Below, one piece after another: positions 30,101 through 38,682 of a DNA stretch of 64,000 bases; within the stretch, counting starts at the first letter, position 1, and each line of letters begins with the position of its first letter. This DNA is from an uncultured Muribaculaceae bacterium. Lineage in GTDB: Bacteria; Bacteroidota; Bacteroidia; Bacteroidales; Muribaculaceae. The DNA lies in NCBI GenBank assembly GCA_910579305.1, contig CAJTTA010000004.1, positions 23,100 to 87,099 on the forward strand, in the 5' to 3' direction. A model generated the notes under the pieces. That model saw only the letters and a program-made list of their open reading frames with translations, did not search any database and had not been told where the DNA came from. The position numbers and the translations under genes were made by a program.

Positions 30101-30437
30101 TAGTAGCGGTGCCGTAAGCCACAACCACTACCTCATCGAGATTGGAGGAGGTGGAGGCGAGATACACGGTCATGCCGTCGGATAGATCTACGGTCTGTTC
30201 TTTGTAACCTACATAGCTCACCTTGGCCTTCTTTACATTGTCGGGCACATTGAGAGTGAAGTGGCCGTCATAGTCGGCGGCTACACCCTGGCCACCGCCT
30301 ATAGGCATGATAGTGGCTCCGATGAGAGGCTCATTGGTACCTGCTTCAACGACGGTGCCGTGAATAGTGCGTGCCTGCGTCTCCGCAGCCCATGCAACAG
30401 CCACGACAGCCATTGAGGTTAAAAACAGTTTTCTCAT
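27165..30437 (-). CDS. susC: SusC/RagA-family TonB-dependent transporter
   Basis: LDEVVVVAYG, LKDAASCALYGVRGANGVVLITTK, NPNLKWE and terminal Phe. Confidence 0.95.
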   Translation of the reverse strand: MRKLFLTSMAVVAVAWAAETQARTIHGTVVEAGTNEPLIGATIMPIGGGQGVAADYDGHFTLNVPDNVKKAKVSYVGYKEQTVDLSDGMTVYLASTSSNLDEVVVVAYGTATKESLTGSVSVVGAKEIEDRPVTSVTAALEGNAPGVQVNNTTGAPGSSPTIRIRGYGSITGTQAPTYVVDGMPFDGDLADINPADIESLTVLKDAASCALYGVRGANGVVLITTKRAKNVGKVDVTLTVREGAISRGLPEYDRLSTTPWMETMFTTYANQLMTTNPKVYPDRATANAYLQENFVSGYLQGQNVYNKPGNELYDENGRIVSDAYVLPGYTDLDWWDALHRTGLRQEYNLNLAAASDKYNLFASVGYLNEKGYLLKTDFERFNARFNVNAQPTSYLRLGMDLRGSSTSSEYNDQAGTDAQNNPFASMYYAPIFPYYEHDAEGNIVYVDGQPQWNMRGRNDNRNVAFAIRHDKNDYHSLVVDGSAYATAVIPYGFELTFRGQMSRRMTRYTQYQNNLLGDAYPEGRLTLENDQYRYHTFMQNLTWGHNYGREQEHHIDVLLGHENTTAYSSAEAIYMRGQIEDDYYAPNNFENIVQNPAGNYAEGRTESYLGRVRYNYWDKYFFEGSVRRDGADRFAKENRWGTFWSVGASWIISKEEFTHQLAWLNYLKFRFAYGAVGNYLSAPALSWSSQYAYSSLSNTAMLMRATTGNPNLKWEANKTLDIGLEGSVFNNRLNFSIGYFDKRSSDLILSLPAAPSTGYIIGSGSAMKTPLNIGALVNRGWELSFNGTIMQNQDFRWTASIDATFLQNRVKSLPYNNADMNNGSQRLSVGKSLYEWYIPTWVGVDQMTGNSLYVFDEQDYKNYYRTGATPYTEAELDAMWANEQKNAANDGTLVTINGKTYTTSSTYATRSWNGSAIPTVFGSVGTQLSWKGINFGLLFTYSLGGKVMDNIYSNLMSVNSTNSAYHVDALNAWVEAPAGMTADSPNRIDPNGVPQNNPTTVQDNNYTSTRFLTNASWLVLKNIMISYDLPKAWVNKLQLQNINVGFTVDNLFTVTARKGLNPQQTYSGVQSDLGSFVTTRVFSFQLTARF

Positions 30438-30683
30438 ACTTTAGTTAGTTTAGTGATTATGAATGTTTGTATTTTTTTCTTAGCCACAGAAGAGAGATGC
30501 CCGATTACCGAGCGAGTTAGCGACATGCAGATATGGAGAACTAAATCCTAACTTTCCTTAAAATCATAATCCAGGCCTGAGATTGCAACGACTGGTGTAA
30601 TTCATTGACATTCAGGGCCTAAGCGTGTTCAAAGATGGTAGTAGATAATTTAGAAGGCCTTATCTGTCGATACTAATCAGATG

Positions 30684-30713
30684 CAAAATTAACATTATTT
30701 TTTTGTCGCGCAA
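30684..30713 (-). promoter_or_regulatory. Promoter of susC-susD (~240-nt leader)
   Basis: Minus strand TTG-N19-TAATTTTG. Confidence 0.6.
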
Positions 30714-30853
30714 CGCTTTTTTGCAGTTTTAACATTTTTTACATAGCGCTCCCCCTCTCATCCATAAATCACCAATGTGTGCAGCGCCTGTGCGATATCA
30801 CCCTCAATTACCCCCCCCAACTATCTAATTAGCAATACTTTACATGCCAGATA

Positions 30854-31576
30854 TCACAATTCCAACGGCACACGCGACACATTTTCATCAACTTTGCCTT
30901 CGATACCCGGCACGTTTCCGCTATGGGAGTACTGCCAGTAGCTCCACTGGGGCGCATCCTCTATGGGCATCGAGTCGGTGAAGGAACATATCCACAGCGG
31001 ATAATCGGAGAATTCATCCTGAAGATATTCATAATATCCATCCTTGTTGGAATAAAGCGTGATGGGAAAGCCCCGCATGTTAAGATAATCAAGCATGGCT
31101 GAGAGACGCGATATAATCACCGGTGTGGATACCCCCGCGGCATTGCCCTCTTCCTCTATGTCGATGGCCACGCCGAGAGCAGGCAATCTTCCGTCGAGGG
31201 CCTGACAGAGATTTATGGCCTGAAGCATGCCGTCGCAGTCGAAACGGAAATAATGATACGCCCCCACGGCAAGTCCGGCTGACACTGCCGCATCATAATT
31301 GTCTGCAAAACGGGCATCGCGGAAGGTCTCCCCTTCTCCGGCCTTTATCCACACAAAGCTATAGCCGGCCTCTCTCACCCGGCGGAAATCCACCTCTCCG
31401 TTATGAGCCGATATGTCTATCCCCTTCACGGGATAGCGCCGGAAGTCGACCTTGGCAGCGCGGGTGCGATAACAGAACACCCACAGCCCTGAGAATACAA
31501 GCAATCCGAGTATGAGCAGGAAGCCTACGGATACAAGTATGTCATGACGTGTGGGTATATGCATGAACGATGCCAA
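30854..31576 (-). CDS. GH25 lysozyme/muramidase, membrane-anchored
   Basis: GIDISAHNG, GAYHYF, DIE and WQYS...G.VD.N. Confidence 0.9.
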   Translation of the reverse strand: MASFMHIPTRHDILVSVGFLLILGLLVFSGLWVFCYRTRAAKVDFRRYPVKGIDISAHNGEVDFRRVREAGYSFVWIKAGEGETFRDARFADNYDAAVSAGLAVGAYHYFRFDCDGMLQAINLCQALDGRLPALGVAIDIEEEGNAAGVSTPVIISRLSAMLDYLNMRGFPITLYSNKDGYYEYLQDEFSDYPLWICSFTDSMPIEDAPQWSYWQYSHSGNVPGIEGKVDENVSRVPLEL

Positions 31577-31589
31577 GAGGCTGTTTTTT

Positions 31590-32078
31590 CTATACTATAT
31601 AGATAAGCGCGGTGGCCATGGCCGCTATTCCCTCCCGGCGACCTGTGAATCCGAGCCCCTCGGTGGTTGTGGCCTTGACTGACACACAGTCCGGCTCTAT
31701 CTGCATTATCCCGGCAAGAAGGCTCTGCATTTCGGGCACGTGAGGATTGATCTTGGGGGCTTCGGCCATGATGGTGACATCGGCATTGCCTATGGCGAAG
31801 CCTGCTCCGGCGAGCAACTCCACCACAGCGGCGAGCAGACGCTTGGAGTCGGCGCCTGCATATGCCGGGTCGTTATCAGGGAAATGGTAGCCTATGTCGC
31901 GCATGGCAGCCGCTCCGAGCAGAGCGTCGCAGAGGGCATGTATGGCCACATCGGCATCACTGTGGCCCAGCAGGCCGTGCGTGTGAGGTATCTTGAGGCC
32001 ACACAGCCAGAGGTCGCGTCCCTCTACGAGACGGTGCACATCATAGCCGAGACCTGTGCGGAACGAAGGTTTCATCAT
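31590..32078 (-). CDS. ispF: 2-C-methyl-D-erythritol 2,4-cyclodiphosphate synthase
   Basis: GYDVH, GHSDADV and KATTTEGLGFTGR. Confidence 0.97.
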   Translation of the reverse strand: MMKPSFRTGLGYDVHRLVEGRDLWLCGLKIPHTHGLLGHSDADVAIHALCDALLGAAAMRDIGYHFPDNDPAYAGADSKRLLAAVVELLAGAGFAIGNADVTIMAEAPKINPHVPEMQSLLAGIMQIEPDCVSVKATTTEGLGFTGRREGIAAMATALIYIV

Positions 32079-33289
32079 CTGCGTCTCTTGCCGAGGAGGT
32101 CGCGGAGACCATCCATGTCAAACGATAATGTGAAGCGGAGCGTCTGGTCGAGAGGGGAGCTCTGCGCCGTGGCAATCATGTAGGAGGCATCAAGGCGCAC
32201 CACGTTGAGTGAGAAGCCCGCGCCTATGCCGAAGTAGGAGCGCCCGCCCTTATTGGCGTTCTCGTAATAGTAGCCGAGGCGTGCGAAGAATTGCTGGTTA
32301 TAGGCATATTCCGCACCGAGAGAGAAGTTGATCTCCTGCAGCTCCTCTTTCATTCCGCCCGGAGCATCGGAGAAACTCTTGAAGATGCCGGTGATGGGCG
32401 ACATGTTCTCCCAGTCGTCGAGATCCTTCTCAAATTGCTCCTGTCCCTCCATGGTGTCCATGTCATAATCCTTGGCACGCGGCTTGGTCGGCACAAGAAG
32501 CTTGTTGAGGTCAAGGCCGAAGGCCAGGGTGTTATAGTCGGCCAGAGGGAACATGAATGAGGCGCCGAGACGGAGATTGGTGGGCAGGAAGGCATTGTTG
32601 GTGCCGTGATCATAGCTCACTTTAGAACCTATGTTGCTGATATTGAAGCCCCATGCAAACTGGCACTCGTTGCGGCCCACCATGGGATAAGTGACATAAT
32701 ATCCCGAGATGTCGGCACCAAAAGCCGAAGCGGCCGTGGTCTGCTCGCCGCTGTAGGCATCGTTGTAGCTGAGATCGGAGAGAATGTATCGCAGCACCAC
32801 GCCCATAGAGAATTTCTCCGAAAGCTTGCGGGAGTAACCCACATCGAAGGCAAGCTCATAGGGGTTGATGGTCTGTATGACATTGCCTGCATCGTCATTG
32901 CTGGTCACTTCGCCGAGAGAGAAGTAGCGGAAGGAGGCGGAGAGAGCCTGATTGTCGCCCGATCCGAGCTTCATATATCCGGAGAGATCAGCCAGGAATA
33001 TGTCGTTGACAAGCTTGCGCAGCCAGGGGGTATAGCTTATGCCAAGACCGCCCGAGGAATATGCAAAGGCGTATTTCGAAGGGTTCCAGAACTGAGAGTT
33101 GATATCGGGGTCGGTAGCTGCGCCGAGATTACCCATGGCCGAGCCACGCGCATCGGGAGTTATGCCGAGCGTGGTGACACCGGTGTTCACCGGGTTGAAC
33201 TCATTGTCCTTGATATCATTCTCGGCACAAAGCGAGCCGGTGCCGAGGAGCATGCCGAGGAGCAAGGATATGGGGAGTAGATGCTTCAT
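32075..33289 (-). CDS. porV: Type IX secretion system shuttle protein PorV
   Basis: ITPDARGSAMG, SYTPWLRKLVNDI, YFSLG and PLDQTLRFTL; conserved porV-ispF synteny. Confidence 0.9.
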   Translation of the reverse strand: MKHLLPISLLLGMLLGTGSLCAENDIKDNEFNPVNTGVTTLGITPDARGSAMGNLGAATDPDINSQFWNPSKYAFAYSSGGLGISYTPWLRKLVNDIFLADLSGYMKLGSGDNQALSASFRYFSLGEVTSNDDAGNVIQTINPYELAFDVGYSRKLSEKFSMGVVLRYILSDLSYNDAYSGEQTTAASAFGADISGYYVTYPMVGRNECQFAWGFNISNIGSKVSYDHGTNNAFLPTNLRLGASFMFPLADYNTLAFGLDLNKLLVPTKPRAKDYDMDTMEGQEQFEKDLDDWENMSPITGIFKSFSDAPGGMKEELQEINFSLGAEYAYNQQFFARLGYYYENANKGGRSYFGIGAGFSLNVVRLDASYMIATAQSSPLDQTLRFTLSFDMDGLRDLLGKRRR

Positions 33290-33400
33290 CGAAAGTTGTG
33301 AGTATGTTTATGTATATAACTCTTTTCAGCCTGATTTATTGCACGGCGCGCGCCATGCCAAAAATTCTTCGTAATTTTGTGTCGTAAAACTATGACACTC

Positions 33401-34363
33401 ATGAATATCCCTGTATTGCGCTTTATCAGCGTTCTTTCTCTGCTCCTTGGAGCATTATGCATGCATGCCTCCCTGTTCGGTCTTGTAAAAATCCCTATGG
33501 CTCCGCTTCGCGAGGAGCCGGCACATGAGGCCGAGATGGGCACTCAGGCTATGCTCGGCACTCCCGTGCGTCTCGACTCGATAGCCGATGGCGAGTGGTG
33601 GGCGCTTGAGATGCCTTGCGGCTATCGCGGCTATATCCATGTCAGTTCTATTGCTGTGCTGCAGGAGGCTGAGGCTTTGGAATGGAAACGTGCCCGCAGG
33701 CAAATGGCCATAGCCAATATAGCTTTTCTCCAGGCGTGTGACGGAGGCAGTGCCAAAGGATATGTGCCTTACGGCGGCGTGGTGGAGTACATAGGAAGGC
33801 GCTCCGGGGAGATGATCGAGGTGGCTCTCCCTTCGGGGGAACATGCTTTGGGATACGCACAGGACTTCATCGACCTGGATGCTGCCTCGGCGGCAGAGCC
33901 CGACAAGGCTGCCCTGGAGAGGGTGATAGAAAGGGGAATGAGCATGAAAGGGGCTCCTTATCTGTGGGGGGGCACCAGTCCGCTTGCGCCCGATTGCTCG
34001 GGCTTCACCCAGATGTGCTGGCGGGAGGCGGGGCTCCTCTTGCCGCGCAACGCCTCTCAGCAGGCTCTCGTGGGCGAAGAGGTGGCCGGGCCTGAGGATG
34101 CCCGCCGCGGCGACATGCTTTTTTTTGCCTCCCCCTCCGGAAGAATCGACCATGTGGGAATCTATCTTGGGGAAGGGCGCATGCTTCAGAGCAGCGGGAT
34201 AGTCTATGAGGCTACGATGCGCGCGGATGACGCCTCTCCTGAAGTGCCTTTCTACCGCCGGCGTCCGGCAGCGATAAGACGCCTCTGCGGGGCGGCGCAA
34301 CTCCCATTCCTGAGGGATAATGATATGTATTTCGCCCCTGAATCGCTCACAGCAGGCGAATGA
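33401..34363 (+). CDS. SH3 + NlpC/P60 (C40) peptidase, YkfC-like
   Basis: PYLWGG...DCSG, LPRNASQQ and HVGIY. A promoter element TAATTTTG at 33372-33379 argues for a start later than 33377. Confidence 0.85.
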   Translation: MNIPVLRFISVLSLLLGALCMHASLFGLVKIPMAPLREEPAHEAEMGTQAMLGTPVRLDSIADGEWWALEMPCGYRGYIHVSSIAVLQEAEALEWKRARRQMAIANIAFLQACDGGSAKGYVPYGGVVEYIGRRSGEMIEVALPSGEHALGYAQDFIDLDAASAAEPDKAALERVIERGMSMKGAPYLWGGTSPLAPDCSGFTQMCWREAGLLLPRNASQQALVGEEVAGPEDARRGDMLFFASPSGRIDHVGIYLGEGRMLQSSGIVYEATMRADDASPEVPFYRRRPAAIRRLCGAAQLPFLRDNDMYFAPESLTAGE

Positions 34364-34877
34364 CAGTGGCCCAGATCATTATGCCGAGACACACCGCTAC
34401 TCCGGCAAAGAGCTTGGCCCGGCGCGCGGCATCGTGAGCCTCGGCACCCTCGTGAGCCTCCCAGGCCCGCGCGGCAATACGATTGGCCCGCAATGCTATT
34501 AATGCAAGGGGAAAGAAAAACAGAAAGGAGAGGATGATGAGCCAGGAGGGGCACAATACCGGCGGAACCGATATGTTCTCTTCATCCGCCTGCATGATGA
34601 TCCGTGTGCGCACCTCGGCATAACTTGTGGCTTCTTCAGGATTCTTCATCTCGGCGGCCACGTCGTATTCGGGTGCCGGTGCCACGGGGTGAAGCCTGTC
34701 GTGGAGGCGACGGCGGAAATGACGGCATATCTCGGCATCCTCGCGCGCAGGAATCCAGTCGGCCATTCCTTTGCGCCACACATAGTCGTCGGGACGCAAG
34801 CCTGCTTCCACAAGCCGGTCGATCTCCATGGGCCCTATGCGGTCGCCCTCTATCATTGCAAAATATTTCATAAGCAC
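34347..34877 (-). CDS. GYF_2 (DUF4339) + CD225/dispanin-like membrane protein
   Basis: GP...L...YVWRKGMADW N-terminal domain; two hydrophobic segments separated by A..AARRAK. Confidence 0.7.
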   Translation of the reverse strand: MLMKYFAMIEGDRIGPMEIDRLVEAGLRPDDYVWRKGMADWIPAREDAEICRHFRRRLHDRLHPVAPAPEYDVAAEMKNPEEATSYAEVRTRIIMQADEENISVPPVLCPSWLIILSFLFFFPLALIALRANRIAARAWEAHEGAEAHDAARRAKLFAGVAVCLGIMIWATVIRLL

Positions 34878-35578
34878 TTATTGTCAAGCAGTTCTTGAGA
34901 GTCAAACAGTCGCTCCATGAGCATCCAGTCGAGAGGCGTGTCGAGATCAAGCGAACGCTCGCGGGGCATGGGATAGGGTATGCGGCAGGGGAAGCAGCCC
35001 ATGGGCATGGCGCGCAGGGAGTCCGGATTTATCACGTAGACTGCACCATTGTATTCCCACACGGCGGGCGCATCCTGCCGGCGTGTGAAGCGGCCGTCAC
35101 CTTTGCTTATGTGCAGGGCGCCGTCTTCTCCGGTCTCAAAGGCATTGTAGTAAGGATTGGTGGCGGCTTCGGTCACGCTCACCACCATATCTACTCCCGG
35201 CCCATAGAGAGCGCAGGCTCCGGTTATGTCGGCTGCGACACGCAAGGGGGATGTGGGCTGCAAGAGAACTATCGCGTCATATGCCCCTCTCAGATTCTCA
35301 TAGAATTCCAGCGCGTGAAGCATCACCTCGCGGGAGCCGCATGTATCGGTGGCAAGAGAAGCGGGGCGGAGAAACGGCACATCAAGGCCATAGTCTTCTC
35401 CCACTTTGCGTATGGCGGCATCATCGGTGGTGAGGCATATGTCCTCAGGCGCAGCACCGGCAGCGAGAGCATGGTCGATGGAGTGGCAAATGAGGGGCTT
35501 GCCGCCAAGCGGCTTGATATTTTTGCCGGGTATGCCCTTGGAGCCTCCCCGGGCCGGGATTATATAGAGGTAGCGCAT
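34868..35578 (-). CDS. neuA: CMP-nonulosonic acid synthetase (NeuA/LegF)
   Basis: IPARGGSKGIPGKN, LLQPTSPLR, NGAVY and DLDT. Confidence 0.92.
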   Translation of the reverse strand: MRYLYIIPARGGSKGIPGKNIKPLGGKPLICHSIDHALAAGAAPEDICLTTDDAAIRKVGEDYGLDVPFLRPASLATDTCGSREVMLHALEFYENLRGAYDAIVLLQPTSPLRVAADITGACALYGPGVDMVVSVTEAATNPYYNAFETGEDGALHISKGDGRFTRRQDAPAVWEYNGAVYVINPDSLRAMPMGCFPCRIPYPMPRERSLDLDTPLDWMLMERLFDSQELLDNKCL

Positions 35579-36729
35579 GGTTGGTAGAAGGGTTTTATGT
35601 AAGCCTGAGAGAAATCGGTATTCTCTATGGCATCGGCCATGACGGTGAGCGTGTCGGGATTATAATAGGGATTCTCCCTGCGGGAGGCCAAAGCTCTCAG
35701 AGAGGGCGAAAACAGGCGCTCTACCCCGAGGGCGATCTGCCCGGCATCGCAATCCGCATGAATCACCGAAGGCGCGCGCATGCGCCCTTGCTGGCGTATG
35801 CCTATGTCGAGCACCGGGACTCCCGCCGAGGATACTTCCACAATTCCGCTCGATGAATTGCCTATAACTCCGCCCACATAATGGAGCGCCGAAAGATAGC
35901 GCCGCATCCCCAGGGCGGGAATGACGCGCACGCGCCTCGGATATCGTGCGGCAAATTCGTGTATCGCGGCTATGAGAGGGGCGGGATCCACATCATTGTT
36001 AGGATATGTGAAAAGCAGACGCAATGACGGCTTTGAGTCCATGGCCCGTGAAAGCCCCTCAAGCAGACAGGCATATTGCCGGACGGGAGACAAGACAGGC
36101 TCCAATGTCGCGGCGTGCATGGTGCAGAGCAATGTGTCGCGGTCAAGAGCAAAGTCAATGTCGGTCTCAAGAACCGCCTTATCCATCAGGCTTATCGACA
36201 ATATATTGTGCACTCCGATGGCTCCCGTGTCAAACACTCTCGCCGGATCTTCGCCCATGCTCACCACTCTGCGGCGATAGTCTTCACATTCGGTGAAATG
36301 CAGCCAAGAGAGTTTGGTTATGGCATGACGGAACATATCGTCGGAGGCTCCTTCACTCACGGCCCCTCCCGCTATGTGCACTATGGGCACACCGCTCATC
36401 ACGGCTGCCTGAGCGATGGCAAGCATCTCGAACCGATCGCCGAGACATATCATGCACGCGGGCTTCAGACGCGCAAGCGCTTCGGCATACTGAAGCAGGC
36501 AGGCCGAGGCTATGACTACCGGCGAACCCTGCACGTCACAACGCAGGGCCGGGAGAAATCCATCAGCCTCAATCTCGCGCACAGTCATTCCTAGCTCGGG
36601 ATTGAAGTGCATGTTGGCAGCAAGCACCTGCACCTCATGGCCGCGCCGACGAAGCTCCGATGCCAGAGGCGAAAGCAAGCCCCAGTCGGCCCTTGTGGTT
36701 GTAGCCACCGCTATCTTCATAGTTTTCAC
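35560..36729 (-). CDS. neuC: Hydrolysing NDP-sugar 2-epimerase (NeuC/LegG)
   Basis: TRADWG, LGDRFE, RHAITKLS, GNSSSGI and RQQGR. Confidence 0.9.
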   Translation of the reverse strand: MKTMKIAVATTTRADWGLLSPLASELRRRGHEVQVLAANMHFNPELGMTVREIEADGFLPALRCDVQGSPVVIASACLLQYAEALARLKPACMICLGDRFEMLAIAQAAVMSGVPIVHIAGGAVSEGASDDMFRHAITKLSWLHFTECEDYRRRVVSMGEDPARVFDTGAIGVHNILSISLMDKAVLETDIDFALDRDTLLCTMHAATLEPVLSPVRQYACLLEGLSRAMDSKPSLRLLFTYPNNDVDPAPLIAAIHEFAARYPRRVRVIPALGMRRYLSALHYVGGVIGNSSSGIVEVSSAGVPVLDIGIRQQGRMRAPSVIHADCDAGQIALGVERLFSPSLRALASRRENPYYNPDTLTVMADAIENTDFSQAYIKPFYQPCATSI

Positions 36730-37739
36730 AGAGTTATCAGTTCATCCTCGGCAAAGTCCCGGGGCGCCTTCGAGCCAAGCACCTCATCCCAGCGCATGGG
36801 AGAGATGCCATTGCCCGGACGCTTCACCGTGATATTGCTCTCGGTGTAGATCTCGCCGGCCTTTATGGGCCTGAGAGCCACTATGCTCTTTCGGGCCACC
36901 ACCATGTTCTTGCCCTCGCTCTCCGTGACATGCTTGCTATCGGAGCCGAGAGCAAGATCGATATTGCGTATAGCCCGCACCATGGCCTCAAGCTCGGAGG
37001 GGATAAGAGATGCTCTGTGATCAGGGCCGGGCAGAGAGCGGTCGAGGGTGAAATGCTTCTCTATCACGGCAGCTCCGAGAGCAGTGGCGGCTATGGGCAC
37101 CTCAATACCGCATGTGTGGTCGGAATACCCGGTGCGCACATTCAGCTCCGAGGCTATCCTGCTCATGGCCAGCAGATTCACATCCTGCATGGGAGTGGGA
37201 TACTCAGTATTGCAGTGCAGCACTGTAATATCATCGCGTGTAAGCGGGCCCGATGTGAGAATCTCGATCGCATCGGCTATTTCCTGAATCGTGGACATTC
37301 CGGTGCTGAGTATCACGGGCTGACCGGCACGGGCCACGGCACGCAGATAGGGCAGATTGGTGATCTCTCCGGAGGGCACTTTCATGTAGTCCTGCCCGAG
37401 GCGGGCGAGAAGGTCGACCGACACAAGGTCAAACGGAGTGGACATGAATCCCACACCTTCCCGGCGACATTCCTCCTTCAAGTCGGCATACGCCTCAAGA
37501 GGCAGATGAATGGCCTTGCACATCTCCAGCTGGGAGCGTGCAGCTCCGTCGGTGTCTTTCTGATACTCTGCCTTGGGGGCGAATGCTGATATGACCAGCT
37601 CCGGCACAGCCGTCTGGAATTTCACGTAATCCACTCCGCACCGGGCGGCGACACGCACCATCTCCAGGGCTCGCTCCATGGAGCCGTTGTGGTTGACTCC
37701 GGCTTCGGCAATTATTATTGTATGACGCTTATTTTCCAT
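36726..37739 (-). CDS. neuB: Nonulosonic acid synthase (NeuB/LegI)
   Basis: IAEAGVNHNG, KVPSGEITN, HCNTEYP, GYSDHT, EKHFT and SAF domain. Confidence 0.94.
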   Translation of the reverse strand: MENKRHTIIIAEAGVNHNGSMERALEMVRVAARCGVDYVKFQTAVPELVISAFAPKAEYQKDTDGAARSQLEMCKAIHLPLEAYADLKEECRREGVGFMSTPFDLVSVDLLARLGQDYMKVPSGEITNLPYLRAVARAGQPVILSTGMSTIQEIADAIEILTSGPLTRDDITVLHCNTEYPTPMQDVNLLAMSRIASELNVRTGYSDHTCGIEVPIAATALGAAVIEKHFTLDRSLPGPDHRASLIPSELEAMVRAIRNIDLALGSDSKHVTESEGKNMVVARKSIVALRPIKAGEIYTESNITVKRPGNGISPMRWDEVLGSKAPRDFAEDELITL

Positions 37740-38682
37740 AGAATATCACCTCCTTCTGATAGCGGGCCATGAGGGTGTCGGGCATCCAGTCATCACATGG
37801 AGACAGGGGCATGCCCTGCGACTCTTTCAGGATAAAATCCGTGATGGGAGCACCTGCATATATCGAGCAGACAACACCGCCGCCCAACCTGGGATTTACT
37901 TCCATGAGCAGATAGCGGTCTTTGCTGAGATCATGCAGGAATTGCAGAGTCACGGCTCCGCGCAGCCGGAATGCCTCAAGCACTCTGCGGCTCATGGCCT
38001 CTACCTCGGGAAGATGGCATGTGCGGGTGCGGGTGACTTCGCCACCCATCACTTCTTCCCGCAGACGAGGCACAGTGCAGAGTATCTTGCCCGAGGCGTC
38101 GACGTAACAGTCTACGGTGTATTCCTCGCTTTTCTCTATGTATTCCTGCACGAGATACTCAGTGATTCCCTCAAGCTGCATGAGATCCTCCATATTATAG
38201 AATACTTTTATGCCTCTTGAGGCCGAACCATGGCGGGGCTTGGCTATGGCCGGCATTGTGGCGGTGAGGGCAGAATAAGTGGTGGGGATGGGTATCTCGG
38301 CTTCTTTGAAGGCCTTGGCGGCCGCAATCTTGTCGAACATGGTCTCGGCGACATCGCTGGCACTCGCCGGCACAAATACTTCGGGCAGCTTCTCGCTGCA
38401 ACGGGCTGCGATCTCTATGGCCCCGTCTACGAAAGGGAGTATTATATCCACATGCTCGCGGCGACACACTTCCAAAAGATCGTCCACCACAAGAGGATCA
38501 CTCCATTTGCGCCCGACAATGACATCGGCCACGGCCGCTATGGGCACTTTGGCCTGGAGCTCATAACTCAATATTCTCACCGCTTTGCCCATGTGCTTGC
38601 CGCTCTGCATGAGGAGCTCGGCCATAGAGACGCGGCGGGCACCGCCGAGCATGAGTATCGTGATGAGGTGATCGGGAATCAT
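37729..38682 (-). CDS. ATP-grasp domain protein (PylC/CarB-like ligase)
   Basis: DK, KPRHGSASRG, QEYI, EYTVD and EVNPRLGGG. Confidence 0.85.
   Translation of the reverse strand: MIPDHLITILMLGGARRVSMAELLMQSGKHMGKAVRILSYELQAKVPIAAVADVIVGRKWSDPLVVDDLLEVCRREHVDIILPFVDGAIEIAARCSEKLPEVFVPASASDVAETMFDKIAAAKAFKEAEIPIPTTYSALTATMPAIAKPRHGSASRGIKVFYNMEDLMQLEGITEYLVQEYIEKSEEYTVDCYVDASGKILCTVPRLREEVMGGEVTRTRTCHLPEVEAMSRRVLEAFRLRGAVTLQFLHDLSKDRYLLMEVNPRLGGGVVCSIYAGAPITDFILKESQGMPLSPCDDWMPDTLMARYQKEVIFYGK

Noticed and set aside
30750..30761. 12-mer TCCCCCTCTCAT also present at 56912-56923
   Set aside because: Only two low-complexity copies, at different distances from their promoters; compatible with chance.
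30811..30818. C8 homopolymer upstream of susC as a phase-variation tract
   Set aside because: Short and ~100 bp upstream of the -33 element, outside both the spacer and coding sequence.
30854..31576. GH25 lysozyme as a prophage remnant
   Set aside because: Membrane-anchored, in an operon with porV-ispF, and with no phage genes nearby.
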